The position numbers and the translations under genes are program-made. 64,000 nt of DNA. Source: Iphione sp. A-MEVVRFRX5. Taxonomy: Eukaryota. The notes beneath the pieces are model-generated. The model ran no database searches. It saw nothing but the letters and a program-made list of their open reading frames with translations, and was not told where the DNA came from. Position 1 is the stretch's first letter. Each line of letters begins with the position of its first letter. Positions 63,309-64,000 of the stretch are shown here, one piece after another. The stretch lies in NCBI GenBank assembly GCA_976226885.1, contig OZ320314.1, positions 44,020,001-44,084,000 of the forward strand, read 5' to 3'.

Positions 63309-64000
63309 CTGCAGAGGCCACAAGAAGAGAACATCATGTATTTTCCATGCACACTTTTCTTCGCACTAAATAACCTAAGTGTTCACATTTGGTATGTAGC
63401 GAGGTCAAGCCGACCATATACTTTCCTCATATTTCACTATGTTAAATTCATAAGGGCTCCTAATTATTTTATATACATTGTACAGGTATATATCTTTTAG
63501 GAAACCGCACATTCTAGTTGTTGGAATGCACATTATAAAGGAGGTGCTCCACCAGAGTGGTAGTGAGTGGGCTGAGCATGATCACCTCACAAGCCCCCTT
63601 CTGCGATGTGCCCTCAGCGCTCCCCTAACACCCAGTTTTTTTGATTTTTTTTAAAATTTCAAATAAAACTAGCTTGGGTGGGCTTCAGCGTGCTGGTATT
63701 CGGCCCACTCAAGCAAACAGTACAATTTCATAATCATGCTTTATAATAAATTAGGTAGAATCCTGTGTCATTCATATTGTATATACCAATCATTTTAAAC
63801 TACCAATGCCAATAATCCACCTATGATACCCAACACATTACTTGTCGCATTCACAACGTACCATATACAATACACTATATCTTATACATGTATAAGTTTG
63901 GTTTCTGCAATTGTTGTGTAATAGCTCCTGGTACCACTTCAGCCATCAAAAAGTCCTATCACACAAATTCGTGACGCACATATTCCCTGGTAGAAGTGGA

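Overview
Eukaryotic (animal, most likely marine invertebrate) genomic DNA with spliceosomal genes and a dense transposon nest; no rRNA, tRNA or CRISPR features seen. Left: the last 12 coding exons (2687-10013, +) of a Roco-type gene that reads COR - Cys/His-rich linker - Death - TIR - C-terminal CaaX (CCIL); its upstream intron holds a DIRS relic and a Tigger end. Middle (about 15.6-38.7 kb): a TE nest dominated by a 13.8-kb Ty3/Gypsy LTR element (24860-38653, minus) with tRNA-His-type PBS, gag, protease, RT-RNase H, no integrase, extra 5' ORFs and an F-type (class I fusion) env. The env is cut by two later TA-site insertions: an intact Tigger/pogo transposon and a 3.2-kb CAC-ended element. 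Removing them restores one env frame. Right: pyruvate kinase (minus, 44509 to beyond 63308). Its 12.7-kb last intron contains an antisense nested gene for a secreted multi-chitin-binding-domain protein (47752-56082) and a candidate 21-nt microexon; the preceding intron holds decayed tandem copies of the neighbouring PK exon. All alignments, splice models and counts were done by eye; family assignments rest on recalled motifs, not database searches.
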